The notes beneath the pieces are model-generated. The model saw nothing but the letters and a program-made list of their open reading frames with translations, did not search any database and had not been told where the DNA came from. From positions 19,716,001-19,780,000 of the forward strand of contig OX597833.1 in assembly GCA_951406725.2 (NCBI GenBank): 64,000 nucleotides of DNA, written 5' to 3'. Origin of the DNA: Octopus vulgaris. Lineage: Eukaryota. The position numbers and the translations under genes were made by a program. Shown in pieces: positions 13,075-26,100 of this stretch; position 1 is the stretch's first letter; each line of letters starts with the position of its first letter.

Positions 13075-13950
13075 ACAGGGTGCAAGAAATATTTGAGGAC
13101 CTATTTGGTGATTTTATAACAACTCTAATCTATCAAAAACCAAATGTATTTTATGAAGAATGTGAGCACATATGTTCTTGATAAGCTTTCTTAAAAGGTT
13201 ATTCTCTGAATCTGCCTTCAGCTTTGATGACATTTCAGTGTGGGACAGGAATCAGTGATATGTCTGCACTAAAGGAACCTTATTTCTTTTGAAATCACCT
13301 GAACAATGGTGGCCTTCAGTGAAGTATGGTATTGTGAAGATGTCTTTTTAACAAGGCTTCAAACATGGTAATCCATGGGATCTGACATGTTTGGAAGCCA
13401 AAGTTTGGTGCTATGTTATTGTAAAGACTGTCTGATATCTGTTCTTGAGTTACGTGAGCTTTGTGAGATAGTGCTGAGACCCATATGGCTTGCTACTATG
13501 TACTTCATCCATCCAGGGCTTAACAACTGTCTACAGTACCTTAGTGTATCCAGCAGCCTTAATTCTAAGACCCTGTATAAAGATGTGTGTTGACATAAAA
13601 TGACCTTCATTTCTCACCACTCCTAAAACCATTACAGTTGCTGGAAACTTAGTGTGCATCACTCTGGAGGCATCAGAAGGGTCTGCAGATAACCATCAAT
13701 CATTTCTCCTGTTACACTTTTGGTCTTGGTCAAAGTTTTTCTCATCAGAGAAGAACCAAATCATGCTGTCTTCATGAGGATTTTTAACCTTGCTAAGTAA
13801 CCACTTGATATTGGTCAAGTAGTTTTCCCATGTCTTTACAGACATGAATTGAGCTCTCTCCTTAGTAGGTACAACTTCTATCAAATGTCCTCATGCATCA
13901 TAATTCTGATAATCCACTCCAATACATTTGGCAGTTCTTTAGCAGTAAGT
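13075..13950 (-). mobile_element. Decayed Tc1/mariner-superfamily (maT-like) transposase fragment
   Basis: FFSDEKNFDQDQKCNRRND, HTKFPATVMVLGVV; terminus TA|CAGGGTG. Confidence 0.7.
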
Positions 13951-16900
13951 CTTCATTAAAGGTAAAGGTACCTTCTCAAGTCATGCTGACTCATAAGGGC
14001 TGGTTTCCATGCTGTTATAAATTCCCCATTTGGATGGGACACCTGTCTGTCACTAGATTACTCATTTTTGCCAGATAAGTCAGTTCATAGTTGTGGCCAA
14101 TGCTGGTGTCATGTAACTCTCACCCATGTGAGTGGCATGTAAAAAGCACCTTTTGAGCATTGGGCCTCACAGAGGCAATGTGGCTGATGCTGGTGATTAG
14201 TAACTGGTACACATGTTGGTAGCATGTAAAAAGCACCTTTTGGGTGTTGGGCTTCAAGGAGCAAATGACCAAGACCTTCAGCAGTATGCCTTTAAGGCAG
14301 CAAGCTGGCAGAAACTTTAGCACGCTGGGTGAAATGCTTACTGGCATTTCATATGTCTCTACGTCCTGAGTTCAAATTCCGCTGAGGTCGTCTTTGCCTT
14401 TCATCCTTTCAGAGTCGATAAATTAAGTACCAGTTGTGTACTGGGGTCAATCTAATCAGGTATTGTGCCTAGAGTAGGAAAAAAAAAGTATGCCGTACTT
14501 GTGTAGAAGACCCATTAATCCAAGTAAAATCGTTGTCATGGAAAACACTGGTGTCACACAAATGGCATCCATGCCGGTGGTATGTAAAAGCACCGATTAC
14601 ACTCTCGGAGTGGTTGGCATTAAGAAGGGCATCCAGCTGTAGAACCCATGCCAAATCAGACTGGAGTCTGATGCAACCCCTCAGGTTACCAGCTCTGCTC
14701 AAACCATCCAATCCATGCCAGCATGGACAACGGATGCTAAATGATGATAATGAGATGATGATATCCAATTATGGAATAGATAAGATCACTCATTGTCCTG
14801 TTTTCCTACAGATGTATTTGTATTAATCATGAGCAAACTGTATCTGCACGATTCTTGGAATGGCACACCAATTAAAAATGACCTCAAATTATATCTTTAG
14901 AAGCATGGCCCACTTAATGATGAACTAGGTCTCATGCAGTCAGCTTCTCAAAAATCATTTCCCATGCCTGTCCTGTATAATGGCCTGACTTGCTAGAAAC
15001 AGCAGTCAAATCTCTCTCAGACCATTATGTCTTACCTTAAAAAAAAATGGAAAGATATATTAGATACAGTAGTTGGAGATACATTGTCTAAAAAATGGTT
15101 ATGTCAAGAACAGTTTTGGTGATAGATTTGCTCAGAGTTGTGCTGAGGCTAAATAGCAACAATTACAAATAGTTCTCATCAATCATTTAGTATTATGTTA
15201 GTTGCAAACCTTTCTTGAATTTCTTAAAGTATCAGTGGCAGTTGAAGTGTTTCCATATACCAGTTGTCTGTGGAAATTTCGAAGGCTTGAACAACTCTAG
15301 CTAGCTTGTTGTGATTTGTCACTGGTGTGAACTCTACTCTTTTATGGTGTGTGTGTGGATATTACCGTGAAAATCTTACAATGATGACCTAATGAGAGGG
15401 CCTCCACACAGTCGCTTGACATGCTAGAACTTACAACCAAATGTCCCCCATATCATACTTAATTTAAAAAAACAAAATGAACATTGGTGCAAGCGTGGCT
15501 GTGTGGTAAGAAACTTGCTTCCTAACCACATGGTTCCAGGTTCAGTCCCATTGCATGGCACCTTGGGCAAGTATCTTCTGCTATAGCCTTGGGCTGACCA
15601 AAGCCTTGTGAGTGGATTTGGTAGATGGAAACTGAAAGGTGCCTCACTGTGGGACTGAACCTGGAAGCAAGTATCGTAGCACACAGCCTCACCTGCGCAA
15701 TAAATTGGTTACACTTCTACAGACACAAAATATAAAAATTTTTTTATACACTTTCTTATAATATTTTATTATAAATTATAATAATATTTGTTAAACATTG
15801 AATGGCTATGGGGATCCAGTGGAGTAAAATAGGAATCAAAGGGGACCATAGGTATAAAATAGTTGAGAATCACAGCTTCATGACAAGAGAAATAGCTGAG
15901 ATTTTAATGGATTGTTTTCTTTTATGCTGCTTATCGAACAGAATAATAAACCTCAGATAATTATTTGAGATTTTTCTCAAAGGATTATGCTTTAATCCTC
16001 ATTCAAATCTTCTTATTTGTGATGAAATGCTTTCTGTTGTTTGAGGAGGAAGATGGAGAGTATAGTTTGTATAATGCTTTATATGTTTTGTTTTTTTTTT
16101 GGTGGTGGTGGTGGTGGTGGTGGTGGTGGACTTTTAGAATAAGTGTAGTGGTGGAGAGATGGTAATAAGCATGATGGATACACTAAGTGGAAATTCAGAA
16201 AAACTGAAACTATTGTGTGATTATCATTCTAATTATTTTGATCTATTTATCACACTTCACATTTAATTTTAGAGTGAAGTAAATGTGACCATTTCTCTGT
16301 GTTGACGATGTTCACGTTAACATAGGCCTTTGTCTCATTTCTCATGTATTGGTAATTGTGTTGCATTGAAATAAATATGTTTGCAACCTTAATTTCTTTT
16401 GGATCTCAACATGATCCACATTTATATTACATTGGATGGACTTCAGAACAAAAAAAAACCCACAGGATTCATTATTTACAAATAATTACATAAATAGTAT
16501 GTGGATATTTGAATGGTTAAGGTATCATTTGACTAGGATTAGCTCACAATCAAGTGTTTTTTCTTTGTTTTTTTTTCCCTTTTTTTTCTTTTTTTTTTAA
16601 ATGGAGTTGAGAAGTCGGGTATACAGGTTTGTATTAATCACTAGTATCCTTGAAAAAGAATCCGAAATCAATATCTGACTTCTTATAGCATTATTTTAAC
16701 AATAGAAGCTTTATTGTGTATAATATTCTCATGTATTTATTACTTTGTCCAATAAAAATTTTTTGTAAGTATTTTTATTATCAAAAATAAGATAAAAAAA
16801 TAAAGGCGTAAAATTAACTGAAAATTACTGAATATTAATTTCTTGTCTATTAAAACAAATGGCAAAATTGGAATTTTTCTTTTATTTTCTCATTTAATAT

Positions 16901-17788
16901 TTTTATAATTCTATTTTCCTGGATATAATCTTAACAGCAGAACTTCAAAGAGAATGTACAATCAATACAGTTCAAGTGTCTTTTATCGTCTACAAAGTCC
17001 AACTGTAATTCTTATTATTAGCCTCTCTCTATTTATTCTACTTCTAGTTCTAATCATGTTAATTTCTGAAGTAGATCAAGTAACAATGGCCTCTTGAGAC
17101 TTCTCAATAACAGTAGATTATTCTATTGTTTCCTCTCTCAACAAATTATTTGAACTTTGATTTTACGTTCTGAGTTCAAACTCCCCTGAGGTCGTCTTTG
17201 CCTTTCATCCTTTCAGAGTTGATAAATTAAGTACCAGTTGTTAATTAAGAATGGGAGTGAGTGTGGCATTGTCCAAATTTTGCCTGCATTTGTATTTGAC
17301 TTCCCACTTATAAAATCCTATAAAAATCTATTGAAAAGACACGACAATACCTGGCTAAGTATTAAAAATACAATTATTTTTGAAGGTCTTGAAAACACTT
17401 TAGTTTTCAGATTACTCTGTCAGGTGTAATGTATTTATTCACACTGCTTTGAATTAATTATGCATCATCTCATAGCTTCAAGATTTTGATGTGATTGTTT
17501 AGTGTTAGAATGACATTTTGATGTAGGTGTAAGAGGTCAGATTTGAATTCGAATGCAGTAGAATATTTGGGCCAGATATGGTCTGTTTAAATGCTAAAAG
17601 GTTAATATATATATAAATAGCCTCTGAGTGTTAGATGTCCTCAGGCAAGGAAAATTTTGCTTTTTATCCCAAACCATATAATAATAATAATAAAAATAAT
17701 AATGATAATAGATTCCTTGTAAGATTTTTTCTCAGATTCCTTTTCTGTTTGTTATGTCTTAGTTTACAGATAATATTTTCTATGCCAG

Positions 17789-17911
17789 GTTGTAGACTCA
17801 GTCAATAAAAAAGTTCAGTTTTCTTCTACTGTCCACCCATCCAAGCCATCTCTCCCAAAGGAGGGAAGTTCTGTACCCTTAGTTGATGCTAATTCCTTGG
17901 ACAAAACTGAT
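17789..17911 (+). CDS. DNM1L: Probable Drp1 variable-domain (insert B) exon, possibly a cassette
   Basis: ttttctatgccag|GTT...GAT|gtaagt, 123 bp, stop-free, phase 0-0, in non-repetitive sequence. VVDSVNKKVQFSSTVHPSKPSLPKEGSSVPLVDANSLDKTD is S/P/K-rich as expected for the disordered insert. No recognisable homology. Confidence 0.75.
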
Positions 17912-18687
17912 GTAAGTGCCCAGCTATCACTTTTCTCTTGGCTGCCACCACCATCACTGCATGCAAGTCTCTGTTGGTTACTGAATAATTCTGTTCCAAT
18001 TCCCAGCAATGCAACCAAACACAGCTTCCGAATATTAAGCTTCTTTTCATATGCGTGTGTGTGTGTGTGTGTGAGTTTGTGTGTGCAGTCTGCTTTTATA
18101 TAACATCCTGTATATAACCTCCACATTTTTAATACTTTGACATTCTCTGCAGTTTCTCTGGTTTTCAATTTTTGTGTTTTTATTTGGCAAGATTTCATGA
18201 AGCTGTGCATATCTGTAACTAAACCAGCACTCTGTCAGTTCTGATGATGATGACTCCTGGTGATCCAGTCGATGAAACAACCTACTTGTAAAATTAACAT
18301 GCGAACTCCACAGACACCTGTACCCTTAACATAGTTCTCAAGGAGATTCAGTATGACACAGAGTGTGACAAGACTGACCCTTTGAATTACAGGTGCAACT
18401 CAGTTTTGCATGCTGAGTGCACTGTAGCAACATGAAATAAAGTGTCTTGCTCAAGAACACAACATGTCACCAGGAATCAAACTCACAACCTTACAATTGT
18501 GAGCTGACTATCCTAACCACTAAACCACATGCCTTCTCAGATATCTTTAACTATAGGGTTTTTATTATTATAAATTCTTCAGTTTTTCTCCATCTGATGG
18601 TTAAAATGACTATTTCTCTAGTATTGTACATGAAAGACATGTATTTATTTCATGCACAATTTTATTCTGAGTAGAGAACATTTTGTG

Positions 18688-19000
18688 GAGGTGCAATGGC
18701 CGAGTGGTTAGGGCAGCGGACTCGCGGTCGGAGGATCGCGGTTTCAATTCCCAGACTGGGCGTTGTGTGTGTTTATTGAACGAAAACACCTAAAAGCTTC
18801 ACGAGGCTCCGGCAGGGGATGGTGGTGACCCCTGTTGTACTCTTTCGCCACAACTTTTTCCCACTCTTCCTTCATGTTTCTTGAGTAACACTGCGATGGA
18901 TTGGCGTCCCGTCCAGCTGGGGGGAACACATACGCCATAGAAACCGGCAAACTGGGCCCATGAGCCTGGCTAGGCTTGAAAAGGGCGAGGAAGGAAGGAA
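18688..19000 (+). mobile_element. tRNA-derived SINE family C (others at about 48578-48935, 51776-51930)
   Basis: TGGCCGAGTGGTTAGGGCAGCGGACTCGCGGTC..GGTTTCAATTCCC tRNA-like head followed by a shared non-tRNA body. Confidence 0.8.
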
Positions 19001-19721
19001 GAGAACATTTTTCACTTTGTTTCTTTTTATTTTATTAAATATTAGTAAAGCAAATAAGAGATGACATTCTTTTTCTCCATTGGCATTTATGCACTGAAAA
19101 TTCTTTTAGATTGTATAAACTGAAACCATGGTTGCCACATGACAATGCTCATTAGGTTATGTATTTTATGTAAAACAGAAGTTATCAACGTCGCACATGG
19201 CTTCTAACACAGAATATTATTAAAGTGCCACCAAGTTCATTGTTAGCAATGAGTTTAGATTCAAGATTTGATATAACTTTCTCTTTATATTCACCACTCC
19301 ATGTAGATATTTTAATGAATTCTCTGTGAGCTCTCTCTCTCTCATATATCATCATCATCATCGTTTAGCGTCTGCTTTCCATGCTAGCATGGGTTGGACG
19401 GGTCAACTGGGGTCTGTGAAGCTGGAAGGCTTTGTCAGGCCCAGTCAGATCTGGCAGTGTTTCTACGGCTGGATGCCCTTCCTAACGCCAACCACTCCGC
19501 GAGTGTAGTGGGTGTTTTTTACGTGCCACCTGCACAGGTGCCAGACAGAGCTGGCGAACGGCCACGAACGGATGGTGCTTTTACGTGTCACCGGCACGGG
19601 GGCCAGCCGAGGCTGGCAACGGACGCGAACGGATGGTGCTTTTACGTGCCACCGACACGGTTGCCAGACAGAGCTGGCAATATATATATATATATATATA
19701 TATATTATCTCTTTCCAGTAT

Positions 19722-20070
19722 AGAAGTACCCTTGTGAGACATTTGGTATTAAGTTGGCAAGCTGTAATGTTGCTGCTATTGCATTGTGGTATTTGGATTG
19801 GGTGTTTTTCTGTGACTTTGGTTGTAGTGGGATACTTGGGTTATGATGCTTTCCAAGCAAGTGTAGCTAACTTTAACATTATTCTTATTGAAAAGTTTAC
19901 AAGCATTTATGTTGCAGAAAAATGTTTCCAGGAAATTACTAGCTAAGCTCATATTGTAGGAAGTGATGTTTTTAAACACAATAGCACTAGGAAAAAAAAT
20001 TGATTTTTTTTTTTTTTTCCCCTAGTGTTATTGATTTGTAGAGGGTTGCTCCATATATATTCTAGTTTTT
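19722..20070 (-). mobile_element. Penelope-like element remnant
   Basis: KLFNKNNVKVSYTC...HYN matches the PLE RT-to-GIY-YIG linker also seen at 26600-26660. Confidence 0.6.
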
Positions 20071-23000
20071 CTTTTATAGTAAACAGCAAGTGACTTTGTG
20101 TATGTTTGTGTATGTAAATATGTGTGTGTGTAAAAGTTACTTGAACATCTGAGCAAATAGATTATTTTATCATGGTAAAAAATTTAAATTTTGTGTTATA
20201 AAGCATTCCTCCTATTTGCAAATTGATAACTTTGGGCTTATAGTCTGTATGCAGGATGGATCCCATTCATGCAATGAAAGTGGTGGGGAGGGTTATAAGG
20301 CAATACCTGGAGGCAAATCTAGCTGGACTTTATGGTGTGTATTAGTTTATTACCAAGTGAATTATGGTAAACAAGCATCAAATATTATCATGAAGAAGTT
20401 AAAGATAAGCAGAACTATGAGCTCTTGTCTGTGGGAGACCAGCAGAGCTTTAGAACCACTTTAGAAATACATTGGTTGGTAAATTTAATGTGATACACTC
20501 TGGATGTTGCTCTATGTTACACATAGCTAGCACTTCACTGCAGTGTGTGCAGGCTGACATATACTTGGTACAAAACCTGGATGTGAATTTTAGCTTCATA
20601 TAACTACTTCCATGTTGGATCTCTATTTATCACTACCATGTTGGAGCCTATACTTGGTCATTCTTAATACAAATACCAGCCAAATCTTCCTCAAATTATG
20701 TCCCCCGTGTCTTGATATGGAAAAGGTACATCGAATAATGTAATTTTTATTTTATTTATTTTATTTTACTTGTTTCAGTCATTTGACTGCAGCCATGCTG
20801 GAGCACCGCCTTTAGTCGAGCAAATCGACCCCGGGACTTATTCTTTGTAAGCCCAGTACTTATTCCATCAGTCTCTTTTGCCGAACCGCTAAGTGACGGG
20901 GACGTAAACACACCAGCATCGGTTGTCAAGCAATGCTAGGGGGACAAACACAGACACACACACACACACATACATAAACATATATATATACATATATACG
21001 ACAGGCTTCTTTCAGTTTCTGTCTACCAAATCCACTCACAAGACATTGGTCGGCCCGAGTCTATAGTAGAAGACACTTGCCCAAGGTGCCACGCAGTGGG
21101 ACTGAACCCGGAACCATTTGGTTGGTAAACAAGCTACTTACCACACAGTCACTCCTGCACCTAGATTCCCTGAAATATAATTGTGATTACCATGGCCAGA
21201 ATGCCTTTGATTATAAATTTGTGTGACTGGAGCTGACTTAGGCTAAACAATACCAACTACTAATTTTCCGAGTCTTCAAGGGAACCCCATATAGTGACTC
21301 AACCTGCTAGAAATAGCAGCCAAATCTTCATATATCTTACCTTCTTAAATGAAAGGACACATTGGATAATTTAGTCCAGAATACACTATGCCTTTAAAAA
21401 ACTGGATGGTCACTGCTGGAATGCTTTTAATTAGTTTTGCTTGATGAGAACTGACTTGGAGACAAACAACAACAATAATGACTCCCTGTATGGTTACTTG
21501 AACTGCTAGAAATAGCAACCAAATACCCCACCCGGTTTTATCCTTAAAATAGGGCGCCTTGAATAATGTAAACAAATATACAAAAGAAGTGGTTTAATCC
21601 TTTTGTATTCAAACTGGTTATATCAGGCCTAAATATTCTGTTTCATGTTCAAACCAGTCAGATCTAGCCCCCCCCCTCCTACCCTGCATTTTTTGGTTTG
21701 AGCATTCGGCTCATAATCATGAGATAGTGAGTTTCATTCCCGGACTGAGCTGTGTTGTGTTCAAGATGCTTTATTTCATGTTGCTCCAGTTCACTCAGCT
21801 GTAGAAATGAGTTGCAACATCACAGGTGCCAAGCTGTATCGGCCCCTTTGCTTTTCCCTTGGATAACACTGGTGGCGTGGAGAGGGGAGGCCGGTATGCA
21901 TGGGTGACTGCTGGTCTTCCATAAACAACCTTGACCGGACTTGTGCCTGGGAGGGTAACTTTCTAAGTGCAATCCCATGGTCAGTCATAACCAAAGGAGG
22001 TCTCTCAATATACACATATATATAAATGCCCATGCGATGCCATGTAAAAGTTCCCAGCACACTGGGCGACTGCTGGTCTTCCATAAACAACCTTGTGTCT
22101 TGGAGGGTAATTTTCTAGGTACAATTCCATAGTCAGTCATGACCGAAGGGGGTCTTTACCCTCTACATTTGACAATAATCTGAATGCCAAAGTGTTAACT
22201 ACAGCTTGAATGTCCTTCTTCAGTAGGCCTCTTAGATCTTTTTTGAATTTGGGTGTGCCTAGTTGCCTAGCAAGTATAATTTCAATACGATTATAAAAGA
22301 CCTTTCTTTAATGTAGTTTACACTAGAATTAGAAGCAACAAGGTTTTCTATTGAGCTATAAATAAATTCAAAACTGAAAAATTGTTTATTGACCGACATT
22401 TAGACAGATTTAGTATTATATTTTCTTATGCATTCTTTTTTATGTTAAGAATTTGACACTTGATTTTTTTTTTCTTTCCCATTAATGGGTTGGAGATTTC
22501 TCTATAGAATTTATTAGTTTAGATATCACTTAATTCTGAGTGTAGGGCTGTACAGATGAAAATTACTGCTGTATTGGTGTGTCTAAAATGCTTATGGGCA
22601 ATGGTCACTAAAAGTAGTAGTAGTAGTAGTAGTAGTAGCAGCAGCAGCAAGATTCACTATGTGACTTTGTCAGTTGAAACAAATTTTTTGGAGGGTAGGA
22701 AGTTACAACACAACAAAATATATATGCTAGCTTAAAAGTCATGCTCCATGCAAACTTTTAATACATGCAATATAACTATAATACATGTAATGACCATATG
22801 CCTCAGTGATGTTTGATCAGAGAACAGATGAGAATTCTGTAGTACAATCATTCCATTGTTTTAGTTCAAAGCTGAATTCTAACTGTTGGCTAGTTTGTTC
22901 CAAAGTTCCTATCTTGATGTAAAATTAACGAGGCAGATGTCATTTATCTCACCCTCGATTTCTGATCCCCTCTGACTAATGCCAACCAAAATGGTGTGAA

Positions 23001-23309
23001 TCAGCCAAACTTTACCTCTAGAAATAACCCTAATGCTTTTAAATCAGATCCCAATGCTGGTTGTTCAAGAACCAAATAAAGGGCAGATTTTCAATCCAGG
23101 ATCATCCTGATACCAAAAAAGATGTATGTCTATGAAAAACAAAATGTAGACTGAGATACAGACAATTTTGCTTTTATTATTATTATTATTATTATTATTA
23201 TCTTTAAGAGATATCAAGCATGTCAAATTTATTATACGTAATAATTGGTTATGGAAATATACCCCAACTGCAGATGACACCAAGTAGCCCAATTCGTGTG
23301 AGTGCTTTA

Positions 23310-24050
23310 TATGAGGTGGTATCAAAAAGTTCTTGCACTAGTTACGTTTAATAAAAAATAACATGCCAGTGGCACGTAAAAAGCACCTTCTGAACGTGGT
23401 CGATGCCAGCGCCGCCTTGACTGGCTTCCATGCTAGTGGCACGTAAAAAGCACCAATCCGATTGTGGCTGTTGCCAGCCTTGCCTGGCACCTGTACTGGT
23501 GGCACGTAAAAAGCACCCACTACACTCATGGAGTGGTTGGCGTTAGGAAGGGCATCCAGCTGTAGAAACACTGCCAGATCAGACTGGAGCCTAGCGCAGC
23601 CTTCTGGCTTCCCAGACCCCAGTCGAACCGTCCAACCCATGCTAGCATGGAGAACGGACGTTGCATGATGATGATGATGATGATGATGAACTTATTTACC
23701 TAAGTTTTAACATCATCTCCTTCAAAATAGCCACCTTGCACAGCAATACACTGGTCCCAGTGTTCCTGCCACTTTTGGAATCCAGCCTAGAAGTCGTTTT
23801 CTGTAAGCGAGTTGAGGACCTTCTGAGATCTTCACAGTGCATGCTAAATCTGGCAAACAGGGTGGGTGTGGAAGTGATACCATGTTTCTGGAAAGAAACT
23901 CTCGAGTGAGGAAGCTTGGTGACAGGGTGCATTGTCATCATAAAGAATCCACTTCTTTGCACTCCACAGATTTGGTTGCTTTTACCTAATGTCCTCCCTC
24001 AAATGCTTCAAAATGTTGCAGTAGAACTCTCAACTGATGGTCCAGCAGGG
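23310..24050 (-). mobile_element. Mariner 3' fragment with an RTE tail inserted (23360-23688)
   Basis: FQKWQEHWDQCIAVQGGYFEG C-terminus and TIR TATGAGGTGGTATCAAAAAGTTC. Confidence 0.75.
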
Positions 24051-26100
24051 GGTGGGGGGGTATTTGATGCACAATAGGTGCAGGAGTGGCTATGTGGCAA
24101 GTAGCTTGCTTAACAACCACATGGTTCTGGGTTCAGTCCCACTGCATGGCACCTTCGGCAAGTGTCTTCTACTATAGCCTTGGGCCGACCAAAGCCTTAT
24201 GAGTGGATTTGGTAGACGGAAACTGAAAGAAGCCCGTCGTATGTATATATATTTATATATGTGTGTGTTTGTTTGTGTGTCTGTGTTTATCCACCCCAGC
24301 ATCACTTGACAACTGATGCTAGTGTGTTTATGTCCCCATAACTTAGCGGAGACCGATGGAATAAGTGCTAGGCTTACAAAGAATAAGTCCCGGGGTCGAT
24401 TTGCTCGACTAAAGGCGGTGATCCAGCATGGCCGCAGTCAAATGACTGAAACAAGTAAAATAAAATAAATAAAATAAAAATTACATTATTCGATGTACCT
24501 TTTCCATATCAAGACACGGGGGACATAATTTGAGGAAGATTTGGCTGGTATTGGGCTACCTGGTGTCATCCGCGGTGTCATCCGCAGTTGGGGTATATTT
24601 CCTTAATCAGTTATTATGTATAATATATTTAACATGCTTGATGTCTCTTAAACAGAATGATGTTTCTCACTTATGTGTGTATATTTGTGTATGGGCATGT
24701 CTATGTGGTTAAGGCATTTGCATTGCAATTCGTGGTCCAGGTTTCAATCTCACTTCATGGTGCTGTGACAATTTTTTAATTATAGCCTTCGTTAACCTAG
24801 ATTTGATAGATGAAACTGTGTAAAAGCAGTTTCTGTATACCAGTTATCTCCTTTGCTCTCTCTCTCTCTCTCTCTCTCTATTAAGTGCTATTAAGTTAGA
24901 CATGGCATGGGCCTATACTGGCTGAAACCCATCAAAGTTATATTGATCAAAACAGTTTGATTCAAATTCGTTGGTCCTCTTGAGTTTTAAGCGTGATGCT
25001 AGTCATCAGCCATTTTGAATTTGAATGACAGAAGTTGATTGTTATTACAATAAGGTGAGCTGTGATTGGTAGCGGATGGTCAAGCAGTGGCGTGGGTTGG
25101 TGTTAGTACATGAGTAACAGTTGGAAAATACCACATGATGAACAGGAAATTGACGACATGGAGGACAGGAAATCGATCACGTAGTGATTAGAAAGTCGGT
25201 CAGGTTGTTGGTGAGGAAATAGGAAGGGGTGGCATGTGCAACTATATATGGGTAAACAGACATGCTCATATAGTTTTGTGTGCATGTATATATTGATGTG
25301 AGCATGCACATCTGTACATGGGTGCGTGTACACATGCCTGCATACACATTTGGGTGAACATGCACACACATATACACATACATGCATACACACACACAAG
25401 TGTATTCATAAATATGTTTATGCACACACACACACATACACACACATGTGCATTCACATGCATGCAGGTGCGAATATACATTCGCAAAACAATCTTTGGG
25501 GATTGGTAAGCATCAAGGACTGGTATACATTGGGGATTGATATGCATTGGGGGTTGGTAAACGTTGGGGATTAGTAAATGGTAGTCTTGCTCATGGGGTT
25601 GGTTGGTAGCAGTGACCTTGGTGCAGGCAGTGCAAAGTAGCAGCTGTTGCTAAGGTTAGCATGCTGGGCGAAATGCATAGCCATATTTCGTCTGTCGTTA
25701 CGTTATGAGTTCAAATTCCGCCAAGGTCGACTTTGCCTTTCATCCTTTCGGGGTCGATAAATTAAGTACCTATTTCTTTACTACCCACAAGGGGCTAAAC
25801 ACAGAGGACAGACAAACGGATTAAGTCGATTATATCGACCCCAGTGCGTAACTGGTACTTAATTTATCGACCCCGAAAAGATGAAAGGCAAAGTTGACCT
25901 TGGCGGAATTTGAACTCAGAACGTAGCGACAGATGAAATACACCTACGCATTTTGCCCGGCGTGCTAACGTTTCTGTCAGCTCACCGCCTTAAATTAAGT
26001 ACCAGTTACACACTGGGGTCGATATAATCAACTTAATACCTATGTCTGTCCTTGTTTGTCCCCTCTATGTTTAGCCCCTTGTGGGCAATAAAGAAATAGG

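Noticed and set aside
16938-17021. NAGNAG acceptor with a 27-codon frame or 15/18-nt microexon
   Set aside because: Poor pyrimidine tract and weak donor (gtacaa); unsupported without RNA data.
18236-18290. CTGATGA...GAAAC hammerhead-like spacing
   Set aside because: Stems I and III do not pair; it is a reversed SINE tail.
18688-18765. tRNA-like sequence (also at 51776)
   Set aside because: Acceptor and anticodon stems do not pair and it continues into a repeated body: a SINE head, not a tRNA.
19091-19136. CTGAAAA...GAAACCATGGTT with palindromic stem III
   Set aside because: G8 is absent, and stems I and II do not pair in register.
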